Source: Bilabrum cf. latius
Lineage: Eukaryota
Direction of reading: 5' to 3'
Length of the DNA: 64,000 nt
Assembly (NCBI GenBank): GCA_965178125.1
Contig: OZ237745.1
Span: forward strand, 248,001 to 312,000
Numbering within the stretch: the first letter of the stretch is position 1; every line of letters starts with the position of its first letter. The position numbers and the translations under genes were made by a program. The notes beneath the pieces were generated by a model that searched no databases, had not been told where the DNA came from, and was given only the letters and a program-made list of their open reading frames with translations. Positions 13,501-26,293 of the stretch are shown one piece after another.

Positions 13501-14102
13501 AGGCCGGCTGCAGGGTGCCCATCTTCGCCATGACGGCCAACCACGACGCATGGAATCTGCCAGAGTATAGAGAGGCAGGCTTCTACGGCATTCTTCCCAA
13601 GCCATACTCGCAGAAGCAGCTGGCCCGGAAACTGACTGATCTGCGCTCAAGTGGTACGATTGATGCAGTGCGAGCCGAGCAACAGCGGTGGGCAGACAGT
13701 GCAGGCGCAGATGCAGCCGTGGAGCCTCGGGCTCTTCCGGTCCTATGGCTCTCGAGGGACTCGCAGCTTCATCCGGAGGACTAGCCAGCGCAAGCATCAG
13801 GTGAAAGGGCTGGACGCTCGGCTGTGGCCGAGTCTGGTGCTGCGGGTGGGAAGGTGCAAAGCGGATCTAGTGTGCCTGTGCGGACTGCCCGCGGCGGCGC
13901 ATCATCAGTGGAGCACTCTAGCAGGGCACAGCCAACGTAGACTGGCGCTGCCGGGGAGCAGAGTGCTGTCGGCGCTGAGCCGTCTACCTAGGTACGTTCC
14001 GGGGATGCAACGGACGTTGCAGGCCGATCGAAGCGTCGAGTCGTCAAGAAGAAGAAAAGGAAGGAGGAGGGAGGAAGCAGAGGCGGCGGAGAATAGTCGT
14101 GA
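7542..14102 (+). CDS. Membrane hybrid histidine kinase 1: TM-CHASE-TM-HisKA-HATPase-receiver, ~2186 aa
   Basis: One frame from ATG 7542 to TGA 14100-14102, broken only by TAGs. TM WWGALVLLACVSITALVSVL; CHASE-like GLDLSTNAFRFKALETA...TPPLVLV...GILVAAPVY; second TM; H-box FVVHEQRNPLH (His 9291-9293); LVNDLLDLSRL; N-box QILANGLTNAAKF; G1 VIDTGRGL; G2 GSGLGLA; receiver VLVVDD, LILMDIVM, IFAMTA, GILPKPY. Confidence 0.9.
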
Positions 14103-14247
14103 TGAGGGCCGCCCGGGGTGGGCGGTGCCTGTTTGCTATGGCTATGGAATGTACTGGATCCTGGATTGCTCCGGGATTCCTTGAGGTGAATAAGTACATA
14201 AGACGTTTTCTCAGTGTTCCTTTGTATCTTTAGCGGTTCATGAGTCT

Positions 14248-17200
14248 TCAGAACAATCCCGAGTTTGCCCCAGAATTGCGACTCATGGTTCGTTTCAGGG
14301 GATTCACACCGGAAAAGTTTCCTAATAGCTGCCCTTCACCCGATCCTGAGCCCTTGGCTCGATCTGTTGCTGCCTTGTGCGCCTACTTTTGCGCCTGCTT
14401 TTGTCTGAAGTAGCACACCCGCACAGACCCGATGATACCGCCAAGAAGCACAACACTGCACAATATGCTCCCGCACACGATCTGGAGCAGTTTTGGGAGG
14501 TCCGCCCGCCTCGGGACTCGAGCCTCATCTTCACCAGCCGTGCTCCCAAACCCAGGCGGTGCTGGGATGCCAGAAGTTACCCCGAGGTCAATCGTCGCAG
14601 CTCTACTGAAAACTCTGATCGAGCCGGCATCCAGTCGAACCGACTGGGTCAAGTAGAAGCTTGTTGGCTCAGCCTCTCGCAGGTCTCCCAGGAGCCCGCC
14701 GTTGGCGTCTAGGGGCTCGATGTAGGCGTGAAGGTTGCCAATTGCCCGTGGGGTGGGGAACAGGGGCTCGAAGGTGACGTCCAGAGTGACCGTAGTCGTT
14801 ATATTTCCGCCGAGTGGATGCTGCAGCTGCCTGTCCTGCCGCCGTAGATGCGGCAGTTGTCTCCCCAGCCGCCGCAGCGATGCTTCTGAAGAATACATGG
14901 AACTGTTCAGCGTGCCATAATTCACTCGCGTGATTGTTGCGTCAATAGCGTCTGTAATTCCGCTCGACACAACATCCTGAATGCTCCTTATTAGGCGGTT
15001 CATGACAGCAGCGGCAGCCCGACCACTGAACACAATGTCAGCGGAAACATGCAGGCCCCTCTTCGCTGTTGGCTCCCTGCATATCCCCACTGGCTCAATA
15101 GCATCGGTAATGGCGCCATTATGCGTGCCGTTGCTGCTTTCATCGGCCGCAATGCACGCTAGTCCGGCTCCGCAGGAGCCGCGGTGCTTGCACAGAGAGC
15201 CAATCTCGCACCTGCCACACTTGAGGTCATCGTCGCCGCAGTCAACGTCAGATTCATCACCATTCTACCGCTAATCCGCGCAACTTGGCGCGCTTTCTGC
15301 TGTGCTGGTCGCAGTACATGCACTCGATTGGCTCGCCCCACTCCTCGTGTACCCGAGGTCGCACACGCATGTCGCATCGCTGCTGCTCGACGCGTTAACG
15401 CTGGCCATACATGTGCCTCTCTGACCACAGTCAACGCCAATGCAGCCTATGGGTACCGGCGGCACTTCGCAATCCGGGCCAGCGTAGCCCGTGGCACATT
15501 CACAGGATCGCTCACCCACGCCCACTACCGTGCAGGTGCCATCCAAGCCGCAGGGAGGTCGCTAGCCCGCGGGATAGCTGCAAGGATCTGAGTCAGGAAG
15601 CACCCCATGAAGTAGCTACTATAGGTCGATGTCGACGATGTGGATCAGTGCTGACCGAGTTTCGATGTCATATCGACCGAAGAGCGCAGTCGCTGCTACC
15701 GTCGACCCGGTCCCCTGCGCCGGGGCGATCTCAAACTGCAGCTCTGGGCTTCCGGAAATGCTAACGTTAACGGCAGCACCATCGAGAGTTGTGGCGCCCA
15801 GTGTGGTGCCAGGCGAATTTCGCACCCTGCTGCCGGTGATCCAGCCGTACGAGGCACCTGTTGCTGCCGCTAGCCTGAGCCTATCCACTGCCTATGACAT
15901 GCTCGTATCGCTGGCAAGTCCATCGGCTGAGGGGTAAAGCGAGGCCAACTGATTGTAAGAGAGGGCAGACAAGCTTGCGTCGCTTGGCCAAATGATCGTT
16001 TCTACTCTGTCTTTCAGTTCGAAGAGCCATGTCCGCAGCTCTTCTGACGTGCCAGGCAGCGTGCCAGCCTGCAAGATCGAGTACATCAGGCTCGCCCCTC
16101 TCAGCTGCTGCTGCTGCATGATGGCTTCGTGCAAGTGCAAGCCAGGGATCATGGCGGAAAACCTGGAGGATGACAGCATTCCGCTGACAGAGAACACTGC
16201 ACCCGTGTCTGCTCCACTTCCGAACTCCCGAGTGATCGCATATGCCTCACCCACCGGCACACCTAACTCCACCAGTTGTACCGTGCCCCCCACGATACCA
16301 CCAGACGTAGCCAAGGTGATGGATAGCTAAAATTTGTCGTTTATGCAGGATAGAAGGAGGACTCGGCCAGATTGGGCAGCGGAGTCGTCGTGTCCGACGG
16401 CGACGTGTGTCTCGAACGCTGCAGCCGCTGCTGTGATGTTCGACCGCAGCCACTCCGACACGGCTGGAGTATCTGCCGAATAGTCCGAGCTTACCACAGA
16501 GTCTGTCGGTAGAAACACCAGGTATTTGCCGTCGTATGCTTCGTCCACTCTGTGAGCAGACAGCGGTGCAGCCGACTCTGCACCTGCACCCGTCAGCGCC
16601 TCCGCCACGTCAAGGAAGAGCGAGTACCTACTGTCCACGTGCACGTCCAATACATGCCGCTGCAAGTTGGTTCCCCGAGCGCGGGCTGCCTGGTAGGAAG
16701 GCAGCGTTGCCTTTGTTCCTTCGCTCAGGAGGAAGCCGTCGATCAGGGCCACCGGGCCATGCAGCGCTTCGGAGCCGGCGTCCTCCGCCAAGGCAGCCGA
16801 GGAGGCGTCAACAAGCTAACCTGTGCTAAAGACAAAGGATCCTGCGTCACTGAGTCTGCCCTGGATCAGCTCCCCGCCTTCCGTACGAAAGGGAATGCCT
16901 GCTTCTGCGTCTGCACGAGCGGACAGTTTTGCAAGCTGCATGCGGTGGTATCCTGTTACCAGGTGGTCTCCGAGAATCGACAGGAGCGCAGCGCAGCCAT
17001 CAGGTGACTTCTCTGTCAGTAGTCGTACATCAGACTGCTCTAGAGCATCCCAAGCGCTCTGCTTCGGAAGCAGTAGAGTAGTGGGCTCCACGCCGGCCTG
17101 GAAGGGTGGATTCAGCAGCTGCTCTACATGCGAGCGGCACGACGAAGACAGATTACCCATGATCTAGTGCGAGAGCGTCGTGACCCCTAATTTAGATATC

Positions 17201-18879
17201 ATCTGCGTCCTTGACATCGTGGGCGGCTCCAGTTCTTCAGGGATCAGGAGCTGCGCCGGCAGGTGCTCTGCTCCGCTCGGCGAGTGGAGGATATGAAGCT
17301 GGCCATCGTCCGCTCGCATTTCGGACTCAGGAAGCACAGATTCAACGGAAGAGGCCCTAACTGTGCCTATGATTTGGCCATTTCCGCTGTTGCCACCTTG
17401 CAGCGAAAGTGACACGGACGTCTCGCCCGCTGTTGCGTTGGGGGTGAGCGTCGCAGCCGATGCATGCACAGTCGCTAACGAGCCCACTCTCGTTGATGCC
17501 AGGCTTCGCGCAGACGCAGGAACGGAAATCTGATTGAAAACCAGGCCTGGGAAGACGTGATTCAGCAGCATCAGTCTTCGCCTCGTTCCTGAGTATTGGC
17601 CAGCTCCAACCTCGAGCACCTGCTCGGAGAGCCACGAGTCCACCATGGGAAAGCGAGCACGTGCCCGTTTATACTGCAACTCAGATGGTACCAGGATAGT
17701 GATATTGGTACTTGGACTGAGGGATCGAATCTGGCTACCAATCCCATCTTCCAATGCCCACAGCTATGCGAAGTCACCGTGTCTCGGGTCGAACAGGATC
17801 AGGTCTCGAATTATTTCGCTTTGAAACGCCGGGTTGTCCAGCGCAGACAGCGCCCCAGATCCTCGGAGTGGCGTAAGTAGTGTCGCAAAAGTCGATGCGC
17901 CCTTCACTACCACGCTGCTGCTTTCATCCACCAGCGAACCTCCCACTTCGACGCCTGTTGCGTCCTTGCGCACGGCGTGCTGGACGTTGCTATCCAGGGT
18001 TGCAACCGCGGTAACGTTTGCAGGCCGCGACTCCAGGGGATAGTGCGCCGCAAAATCGGAGGAAGTCAGCCGCGCGAGAGCTTTGTATACCACCTGCTGT
18101 TCTATTGCAGCAGTAGACTCCGCTTCGTGAAGCTGCCGCAACCTGTTGGCCGTGCCAAACGAAAGAATGTCGTCACGCACTAGATACAGCGTCTTTGCGA
18201 CAAGTAGCAGGCTTGAGCGAAGACCTGATTCACTATTTAGTATGTACGCCAAGTTGCGGGCACCAGCTAGTCTCATGGCTGCGGTGGTTTCCACGCTTGT
18301 GGCAACGATTTCGTCGAGCGCACGCTTGATGCCCACAGTGGAAGCCAACTGCGCGGAGAAACCATCAAGCAGGGCTCTTGATGAGCCATTGATGATTGCT
18401 ATGGGGTCATCGGGCTACAGGAATGGGTATAGGATTGCCTAGCCACCAAGACGAACTAGTCGATGAGACACCGACTTGTCCATGGTGGGCATCTCAGTCC
18501 CCGTGATATTCAGTTCATCAATGTCAAACGACCTACTAATCAGATGCCATTCGCACAGCTGCCTCTAGTAGCCGCCGGATACCTGAAATGGCAGCGACAG
18601 TATATCGAATGCCTCGCCGTATCCGGCAGCTCGAAGGGTCGTGAGCTGTTGCTGTGATGCGGGGCTGCTCGTGTCAGGCAGTAGGGCCAAGGTGCCAGGA
18701 TTGTTGAGCAAGACCTGTCCTACAATTTTCGGGGACGCAATCAAGAGCGCCTTGGCCAACCGTGAGTCCGAGCGCTCGAAGTGCTGCTGGACAGTAACGT
18801 CTTCCTGCACTGCTGCCCCAAATACGCAAGTAAACAAACAAAGCACAATACTTGAGAGAACCAAACGTTTACCGCACAT
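14248..18879 (-). CDS. Type I membrane adhesion-like protein: signal peptide, several fasciclin (FAS1)-like repeats, EGF-like and Cys-rich modules, TM, cytoplasmic tail, ~1543 aa
   Basis: Nine same-frame track ORFs join through TAGs from ATG 18879 to TGA 14250-14248. Signal peptide LVLSSIVLCLFTCVFG. FAS1 H1-like YLVFLPTDS, TLLLPKQSAW, TIIWPSDASL, ITILVPSE; H2-like GPVALIDGFL, LIHIVD. EGF-like CECATGYAGPDC and CVCDLGY; C-x5-NGDESDVDCG module; TM LLQIVCGSILCSVVLLGGIIG. Confidence 0.75.
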
Positions 18880-19098
18880 TTATTTCAGCTGTGAATGAAG
18901 CTTAAAATCTCGAGTGGAGCACGGAATTGTAACGTGACAATTGTCCGGAGCACATCTTGTTTTCGAAGCAAAACCCAATCAGTAGCACTAGTATCCCCAA
19001 CAGACACTAAAATCGTTGCAGGTTGTTCGTAAAGTAATAAATTAATATCTTCCTACAGCTTTTGCAGCCCAATCTTCACTGAAGGCGGTACATTTGGC

Positions 19099-21678
19099 AT
19101 GGCAGATTCCACAAGTGGTGCTGGTGGCATCCACCGGAGGAAATCGGTATCCCTGCTGGCGTCCGCGCGGCGAAGTTAGGCGTATTCGGTGTTTCAGGGC
19201 TTTTATACTGACGTATGGATGGCGCTCATATTTGCAGCGTGCTACTGCTTCTTAATGGTCCTGTTTTACGCGCTGACTGGGCGTGACAGCACGCTAGTAG
19301 GTACGCTGCTGGCCCGTCTGGTGCAATCTCTCAATGGATTTACGATTGCCAATGCTGCCTTTTGTCTGTTCATGGGTGCTGTAACGATGCTATACTACCG
19401 GGTGACTGCTCCAGTGTGCCCCCGCGAATTGGCCCGGCTCGAAGATGCCGTGCTGAAGTTGCGCACCAGGAGCCATTTCGAGCACATCTGGACTGGAATT
19501 CACCCCATTTCTCCTAAAGTATCTGCACCGATGCATTCGGTACGGTATATGGCGGGGGCATTGCCTCATTCGCCCCCCAAGGAGCAGGCGGGGTGTTACG
19601 ATAGCGTCGGAACAGACGACACCAGCACGAGATCAGCGTCACCACGAAGCGAGGGCGGTGCCTCACCAACATTGAGTGCATTCAAAGAACCAGAAGTCCA
19701 CGCTAGCAGATCGGATTTGCGCCAGGAAACGCGGGACGCTGGGCCAGTGACTGCCGGCTCACACGCAGACCCGAGCTAGCCGAGCACACCGAGCATGCCC
19801 ACCACGCACGCCGCCCAGAACCGAGGGCTTCCCGGGCGACTGCGGCTCTCGCCCGATGCAGGCACAAACAACCCTGATGAGTGCACTCGTCACACGGACG
19901 TGCCCCAGGTGGATATAGTCCTCGTGCACGGTCACAGCAGCGGGGCGGCCCTCTGGAGCTGCGTGGCCGACGAGCTGTGCCTGCACTGCAGTGCGGTGCA
20001 CCTGCTCGACATGCCGGGGTGGGGGCGCACTCCCCTTCCACAGTGCATGCGCGGGGAGCAGGACTAGGAGAAGGTGCTGGAGTTCGCGGCCGGGTCGGTG
20101 CTGTCGTACCTGGACGAGCGCGGTCTCGCGCCAGAAAGCACCGTGCTGGTGGGCCACAGCATGGGAGCTGCCGCTGTGGCCCTGCTCGCGAGGAAGCACC
20201 CCAGCAGGGTCCGACAGGTCATCCTGTGTTCCCCAGGCGCGGTTGTTCCCTGCATGGCCAGGAACGTGGGCTGGGCCTTGTGCCTCAAGTACTTGACCCC
20301 GTACCAGATCGCTCGATGGTCGGGGTCGTGGGGCGCCAGCTTCGGCGTGTGGCTGTACGAGAAGCTGTCGGGTGAGCACCCTGAGTATCCCCCGCTGTAC
20401 TACTAGCTGGGCTGCAACACCCTGTGGCAGGGTGCGGGCGACGATTGCGCCCGCAAGTTCGTGCAGCACAGCGCGACCATGAGCCACATCTGGTGGAGCC
20501 GGCCGGTGCTGCGCGAGATCCTCGCGCTTAAGGTGCCCGTGAGCGTGCTGTGGGGGGAGCACGACGAGATCTTCCCGGTGGATCACGGCAAGATGCTGGC
20601 ACACGTGCTGGGGAACAAAACGGACCTCTACGTGGTCAAAGGCGCAGAGCACAACCCCGCGCACACGGACAGCGCGGCGGTGGGCGCGTGCATTGGGGAC
20701 GCTGTCAGGAAGACAGTGGGCGCACCACGACTGTTGTGCGGGCCGCAGGCAGCTGCCGCCCGACGCACGGGGCGCAGTAACAGCAGCGGGAGCCGCAGCA
20801 GCAGCGAAAGCGACAGCGATGGCGTGGAAGAGGGCAATGCCGCGCAGTCCAGCGGCAGCTAGGCGAGCAACATGCCACGGAACTCTGCCGAGACGCAGCC
20901 GAAGCTCGGGCGGCATACCGGCATGCATGTCGAGCGGCTGGCCCCTGGACCGGCATGGGGAACTGATGAGATGCGCCTGCAAGCGGCCTGCGTCGATGCT
21001 CCGGCCGAGACCAGTGGAAGCGGCAACTGCGTTGAAGGCTAGGCGGGCAGCAGCTGCCGTGCCTCGGGGGCTGCATTGCTGGGCAGGGATCGGCGGTCTA
21101 GGGGCAGGTGCGTAGGGTGCGGGCACATGGTGGAGCAGAAGGGTGCCGAATGGAGGTGCGGGTGCGCAGCCTGGGCCTTCACCATGCACCCTTTTTCGCG
21201 CGCGAGAACGGAGGAGTCGCTTTGCCTTACGGAGAGGTTCCTCTGCTCGCTGCTGCGGGTGCCCTACAGACCAGAGGCGCAGACAGAAGCGGAGAACCAG
21301 ACCCGCGCCTATTGCAACGAGGAAGGCGAGGACGAGGACGTTGACCTTGTGCTTCCCGCAGCCTTTGACGCGAGCAGCTCGCGGGAGGTCGCGGGCGCGA
21401 GCTGGAGGCGGAACGAAGCTCGCATTGGAGCGGCGGGGGCGGCAGCGCCCGGCTAGGACGGCTGGATCCCGTTGGTGTCCAGCGAAACCAGCAATACCTT
21501 GGGGCCTGTTGGCAGCGACCGCAAGGACGGGAGCAGGGCCCGCCGCCGGAGCCGGAGCACCTCAGGCGCGTCCATGGCTGGGTCTGACGGCGAGTCGAAC
21601 GAACACCAGAATGAAACACATCCGAGCGCGGAGTGGTTCGTGGTGGAGTCCGCCAGAGCGCGGGACCGGACGGGATGA
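19099..21678 (+). CDS. Alpha/beta hydrolase (ABHD4/5-like lipase or esterase) with N-terminal TM helices, ~859 aa
   Basis: One frame from ATG 19099 to TGA 21676-21678 through TAGs. Motifs IVLVHGHSSG, LLDMPGWG, nucleophile elbow LVGHSMG, acid WGEHD, His GAEHNP. Two hydrophobic N-terminal segments. Confidence 0.85.
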
Positions 21679-21892
21679 CTGCAGGATCCATGGATCGAGT
21701 ACTAGCACTAAAAGTGCGGCCAGTATGCAGTAGGACATCACCTGGCTCAATTATCGAATGCACAGCAACACTTTCTTTCGTTTTATACGGCTTATGTAAA
21801 CAAGCATGCAGGAATCGCCCTGCGAACAACAAACTTGGAGGGCTTGACAACAGCGGGAGCTCAAACACTGCTCGGACGACCCGCCCGCTGAT

Positions 21893-23866
21893 TCAGCTGC
21901 CCAGTGCGCTGTAGGCTGCAGAGATGGAAACACCCGCGCCACCGCTCGGAGCAACCGGTCGCTTCACCGACTTGCCTGTGGCGCCGCCTGCGGCTGGGGC
22001 AGCCCGCCTTGCGACCATCTTGGATCCAGTGTGGCCTCTCATCGCAGCTGGCCCTGCGCCTCCGCTGGCAGCCGTGGCGCCGCCGATCTCGGACCTGCTC
22101 CTCTTCTCTGCCGCCACAGCGAGCCAGGAAGGCATCTTGCAGGCAGCTCCATCGCGCGTTGCCTCCACGCCGACCCACTCCCCCACCTTGGGGTCGTATG
22201 AGCACCGCAGCACTACCTCCTCCGCGTCACTGCTTCCACCAGACGAGGTGCCCTTGGATCCTGCCGACCCTCCCGCCCCTGGGTCGGCCGAGGCACCGCC
22301 TGTCGCTGCGGTTCGCTTGTTCAGCTTGCTCGCGTCAACAGTGAGCCTCAGTGGCAGCTCCTGGTAGTGACCCATGAACTGAATCCGGAACGTTGTGGGC
22401 ACCACGGCCCGGCCCCGCGCCGGCACGCTGGCATTGGCTCCGCCCGTGTCGCCGTGGGACAGCCCCACCACCTTGCCCTCACCCTCGACCACAGTGACCT
22501 TCCGGACTAGCTCGTACGGCGTCCCGTCCACGTCCTGGCCCGAGAGCTCAACGGATCTATTGCCGGACCGATCCACTCTCCCGGCCTTGACCTTGACGTA
22601 TCGCTTGAGACGGAAGGGCGGGATCTCGAGCCCCAGGGCCTGGGCCAGCTTGGCCGAGAAGACCTCGCACTTGGCGTGCACGACCAGCGCCGCGTCTCGA
22701 TCTAGAGGGGTCTTCTGCAGGTTGACGATCACCAGCTTGCCGGCCTTGCCTCCCCGGGCCCTGGACGGCTTCGCGACGTTGGCTGGGATGTCGGCGGCGG
22801 GTGTGACCGTGAGCGAAGAGCCCATGGCGAGGCAGACTTCGGCTCTGTCCCCCCAGCGGAACCCGTCGTCAATGGCTTTATCCGGGAGATCCTCCCCGAA
22901 GCTGCGAGGGCACAGATTAAACCAGGAACGGATGAATTTAGCGGATGGGGAACAAGGCTGGTGATGCCCACGGCACTCGTGCATCGCATTGCATCGCGTC
23001 GTAGTCCACGCCTCTACCTCTCTCACTTGATGATCGAGTCATGGAGATCACTCCTGCAGTGAGGACACTTCCTCCCCGTCCTGTGGTCGAACACGCTGAG
23101 GCCCCTCGCGCGGCACTTGAAGTCGCGGAGGTATTCCTGCCCGCAGCCCTTGGCGGGCCTGCCTCCCTTCTTGGTCGGTCGCCCCCCGCACAGCTCCAGG
23201 TTGCTATTGCCGTGGAGCTCGGAGAGCTTGCCTGGGGGAAAGGCCGACCGTCTGTGGAGGCCATCGGTGTTCTGCGAGACCAGGTGGTGCAGCATCCCGC
23301 CGCTCTCCATTGCACAGAGGGTCATGTGCGTGGGTGTGGGGATGGCCTTAAGCGTGCTGGCCACCGTCTTTGACTTGGTAGACCTGCGAGCCTTGTGCGC
23401 TCGTAGCTCCCACACGCCGGGACCGGTTGTTAGGCATGTCTTCATGCCCGATCTGAAGTCCGGGATTCCAGCTCTGCGGTACCGATCAAAATGCCATCAA
23501 GACGCACAAGTTTCCAAATATCAACACATTTTGAAGAAGTGTGCTCCCAACTGTCGGGACCTCGCGTACTCTGAACTCCGACAGAACGCAGGTATTTTGC
23601 TGATTCCATTGAGACGAGAACCTCACGCAGTACTTATTCCCGCCCCAGTAAAAGCGATCGTTGCCTTGCTAGCTCGGATCCAGGCTGCAGCCTGCAGCAT
23701 ATCAGTGAGATGCAGGAGCCTTCATATCACATAGGCCTAGGCCTACTGCAAAATAGCGACTGGTATTTGACTCCAATGAACTTACCATGGCAACCTTTCG
23801 GTTTAGTTCTTCCTCAGAGTCAAAGTACTCCTTCCTTTCATCACCTTTACGGGCAGTGTGTGCCAT
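21893..23866 (-). CDS. NAD-dependent deacylase, class IV (SIRT6/7-like) sirtuin; exons 23866-23786, 23691-23627, 23473-23027, 22901-21893; ~533 aa
   Basis: The spliced product restores KEYFDSEEELNRKV, FTGAGISTAAGIPDFRSG, LVSQNTDGLH, ELHGNS, DSIINFGEDLP, GSSLTVTPAA and IVNLQKTPLD. Ends at TGA; no TAG codons. Confidence 0.92.
22902..23026 (-). other. Spliceosomal intron 3 of the sirtuin (125 nt)
   Basis: GTGAGA...CCTCGCAG; removal restores SIINFGE. Confidence 0.9.
23474..23626 (-). other. Spliceosomal intron 2 of the sirtuin (153 nt)
   Basis: GTGAGG...ACCGCAG; removal restores GISTAAGIPDFR. Confidence 0.9.
23692..23785 (-). other. Spliceosomal intron 1 of the sirtuin (94 nt)
   Basis: GTAAGT...CTGCAG; joins NRKVAM to AAAWIRASK in frame. 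Confidence 0.8.
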
Positions 23867-24139
23867 CTCCTTGTTTCTTGGTTACTATACTGTGAGGTCA
23901 TGTTCCTGTTCTCGCCGATTCTGCTGGTTCCGCTCAGCCTGAAGGTCCGGAATCGGCGTGCGCGGCGCCATTCCGATATACGAAAAGTACACTATTCAAA
24001 AACTTACGCCCAAAATACCTAATACCTTGCTCCTAGTTCAGCAGCCAGTTTCCCGGGTACACCCCGGTACGCGGACGGATTTTATTAGAATTTTTATTTT
24101 AGATTCAACTCTCGATCTTCACCGTTTGGCCAAGGAGAC

Positions 24140-25897
24140 ATGCGGCAGGCTCCCCAGCAAGTAGGCAGCCGATTTTAGCCCATTAGTATTGCAGTTGGTG
24201 TTGCCGTTGGAGTGCTAGGAACTGTGCTCTGCCTGCAACTGCTGGAATCGAAGGCAGATCTTCAACCACGATCAAATGGAGCCAGCACCGTCGTGGCGCA
24301 GGAGCAAGCCGACGCACCGAAGCCGAGTTCAGCTAGTTCAGCCAGTCTTCGAGTGTCTGAACGCGAAGATATCCCTGCGGTGCCGTCCTAGTCCCCGGTT
24401 CCGTCTCCATCGTCCGTGGCTAGAGTCAAAAACGCGGCTACCAGCAGTATTGGTGGTACGAAAGGTGCTCTAACGCTCACACCCGAGCTGGCTAGGTCTG
24501 CTGCCACTGCTCTCGATTGCTAGGGTGTCTGCGAAATTGAGGTTCCGGAGGAACGGGTGCAACACACGGAAGGCGAGTACATCCCGAAATTGACAAAGCC
24601 TCTGTCTTGCAATCGGGTGATGCTCAGGATGCTTTCAACGTGCCCGGCCGTGTCGTGGCCTCCGCCGAAAGACCCCCCGGCAAAGTTGCGAGATGCGTAT
24701 ACCATGAATGGCCGGGCGAAGCTGACGAAGTGGTACATGTCACAAAGATACAGTGGGGGAAATGCAATGGTAAAATCGTGGAGCCCCGCATACATAGACA
24801 ATCTTGTCGAGGGGTCCAAAGACGAGCGAAAAATTACCGTCTATGACGCTCGCGTTGATCCGTACATGAGAAACGTGGTGAGAGTTGGATGCAATCGTTT
24901 CAAGCAGGCCTGGTTCTATCCTTCCTACTCACACAAAGGGCTGCTCCATCCATTTGCCCCGATTCAGGGTGTCCCACATGACCTTTCTTCTCGCAGTAAG
25001 TATCTCCTGTAATTTGCTGCCACGGGTAATGGCTCGTCTTGACACCGGTGCCCAGTGCCGTTTGCCCAACGCTGCCATCCATCGGGTCGAGGCAATGCTC
25101 ACTCGCTCCCTCACTATCTGCTTCGAGTCGCAGGTTCAGCTAGTACACCGCCGATTTGGAAGGGAAGATCGGCATGGTGATCGGCACTGAGAAGCCGTGG
25201 GTGGAAGCCCACCTTCTTGCCTTCGGCGCCAAGCACGTGATCACCCTAGAGTACGGCAGGATCGACAGCACCGACCCCAGGCTCACTCCCGTGGTGGCCT
25301 CCGAGATCGCCGCGCTTTACCTGCAGAAGGGCGGCGTGCAGGTAGACTTCATCGTCACGTATTCTTCCTTGGAGCACAGCGGGCTGGGCCGGTATGGGGA
25401 CTCTCTGAACCCGTTCGGAGACTGGGAAGCCATGGCGCAGTCGTGGTGCATGCTCAAGCCGGGGGGGCTCTTCCTCCTGGGCGTGCCCACCAAGGGCAAA
25501 CCGTACGACAAGGACGAAGTGGCGTTCAACGCGCACAGGTGAGAAGACGTCTCGATCCACCGTGTGGCGGGCAGCCTAGCAGAGCATCGATGCAGCTGCC
25601 GAGGTGGCGATCCCACTCCACGGGCACGGCTAGAAGCTAATCTCTGGCAAATCTGTTGTGCAGCTGTCCAGTTCACCGTTCCCTTGGCTACCACCCTTTC
25701 GCCTTTTTTCACGCTTGATTGATCGTTGCAGGTGGTACGGAAGCGGCCGCATCCGACATATGGCAGCGAACTTCGACTTCCTCCAGGTTTATGATGGCCC
25801 GGTAGACTTTAGCGGGCAATTCTTCGCCATGCGGAAGCCCGAGGACCCCGAGAATCGGCTGTACGTGCCCAATCCTGACGGGTCCATTCCTTCTTGA
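24140..25897 (+). CDS. DUF268-family (SAM-methyltransferase-like fold) type II membrane protein, multi-exon
   Basis: ATG 24140, N-terminal TM (ISIAVGVAVGVLGTVLCL), TAGs read through. Motifs GMVIGTEKPWVEA, SSLEHSGLGRYGDSLNPFGD, LKPGGLFLLGVP and FNAHRWYG (after removing intron 25539-25731). Ends at TGA 25895-25897. At least one more intron lies near 24878-25143 with unresolved boundaries. Confidence 0.8.
25539..25731 (+). other. Spliceosomal intron of the DUF268 gene (193 nt)
   Basis: GTGAGA...TTGCAG; removal restores NAHRWYG. Confidence 0.85.
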
Positions 25898-26293
25898 GTG
25901 CTGGGCGAGCATGCTACCTCGGCGGGGCGGTTCTTTGTTGAATGCCCTGCCCTGCGCACTGGCAGGGGCGCGTGAACCAGTCTCGGTCGGCAGGGAGTGA
26001 GATGCCTGATGAAGCCCGATACCCGGCGTTGGAAGCAAATTTCGAATCAAGGTGCAGCTCTTGTGCCCAGATACCCCAACGCTGAAGCTTGCTTGTTTCC
26101 ATTGCTCGATCCTGATTTTCGAGCAATCAATCCATTAATAACAAATCATCGAACCACGGTTCGTCGTATCCGGAATCACAACTGGTCGCTGCTTTTCGCG
26201 CGCAAGAGTTATCGTCCAGCCAGAGGCTGTCAGTAGCGTATACATCCTCTTCTTTAGAACAAACAGCCTAATTTTTCGGTTTAAAAAGTGAAT

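Noticed and set aside
24878-25143. Exact intron structure in the middle of the DUF268 gene
   Set aside because: Candidate donors (GTGAGA near 24878, GTAAGT near 24996) and several acceptors give conflicting phases; it cannot be resolved without transcripts.
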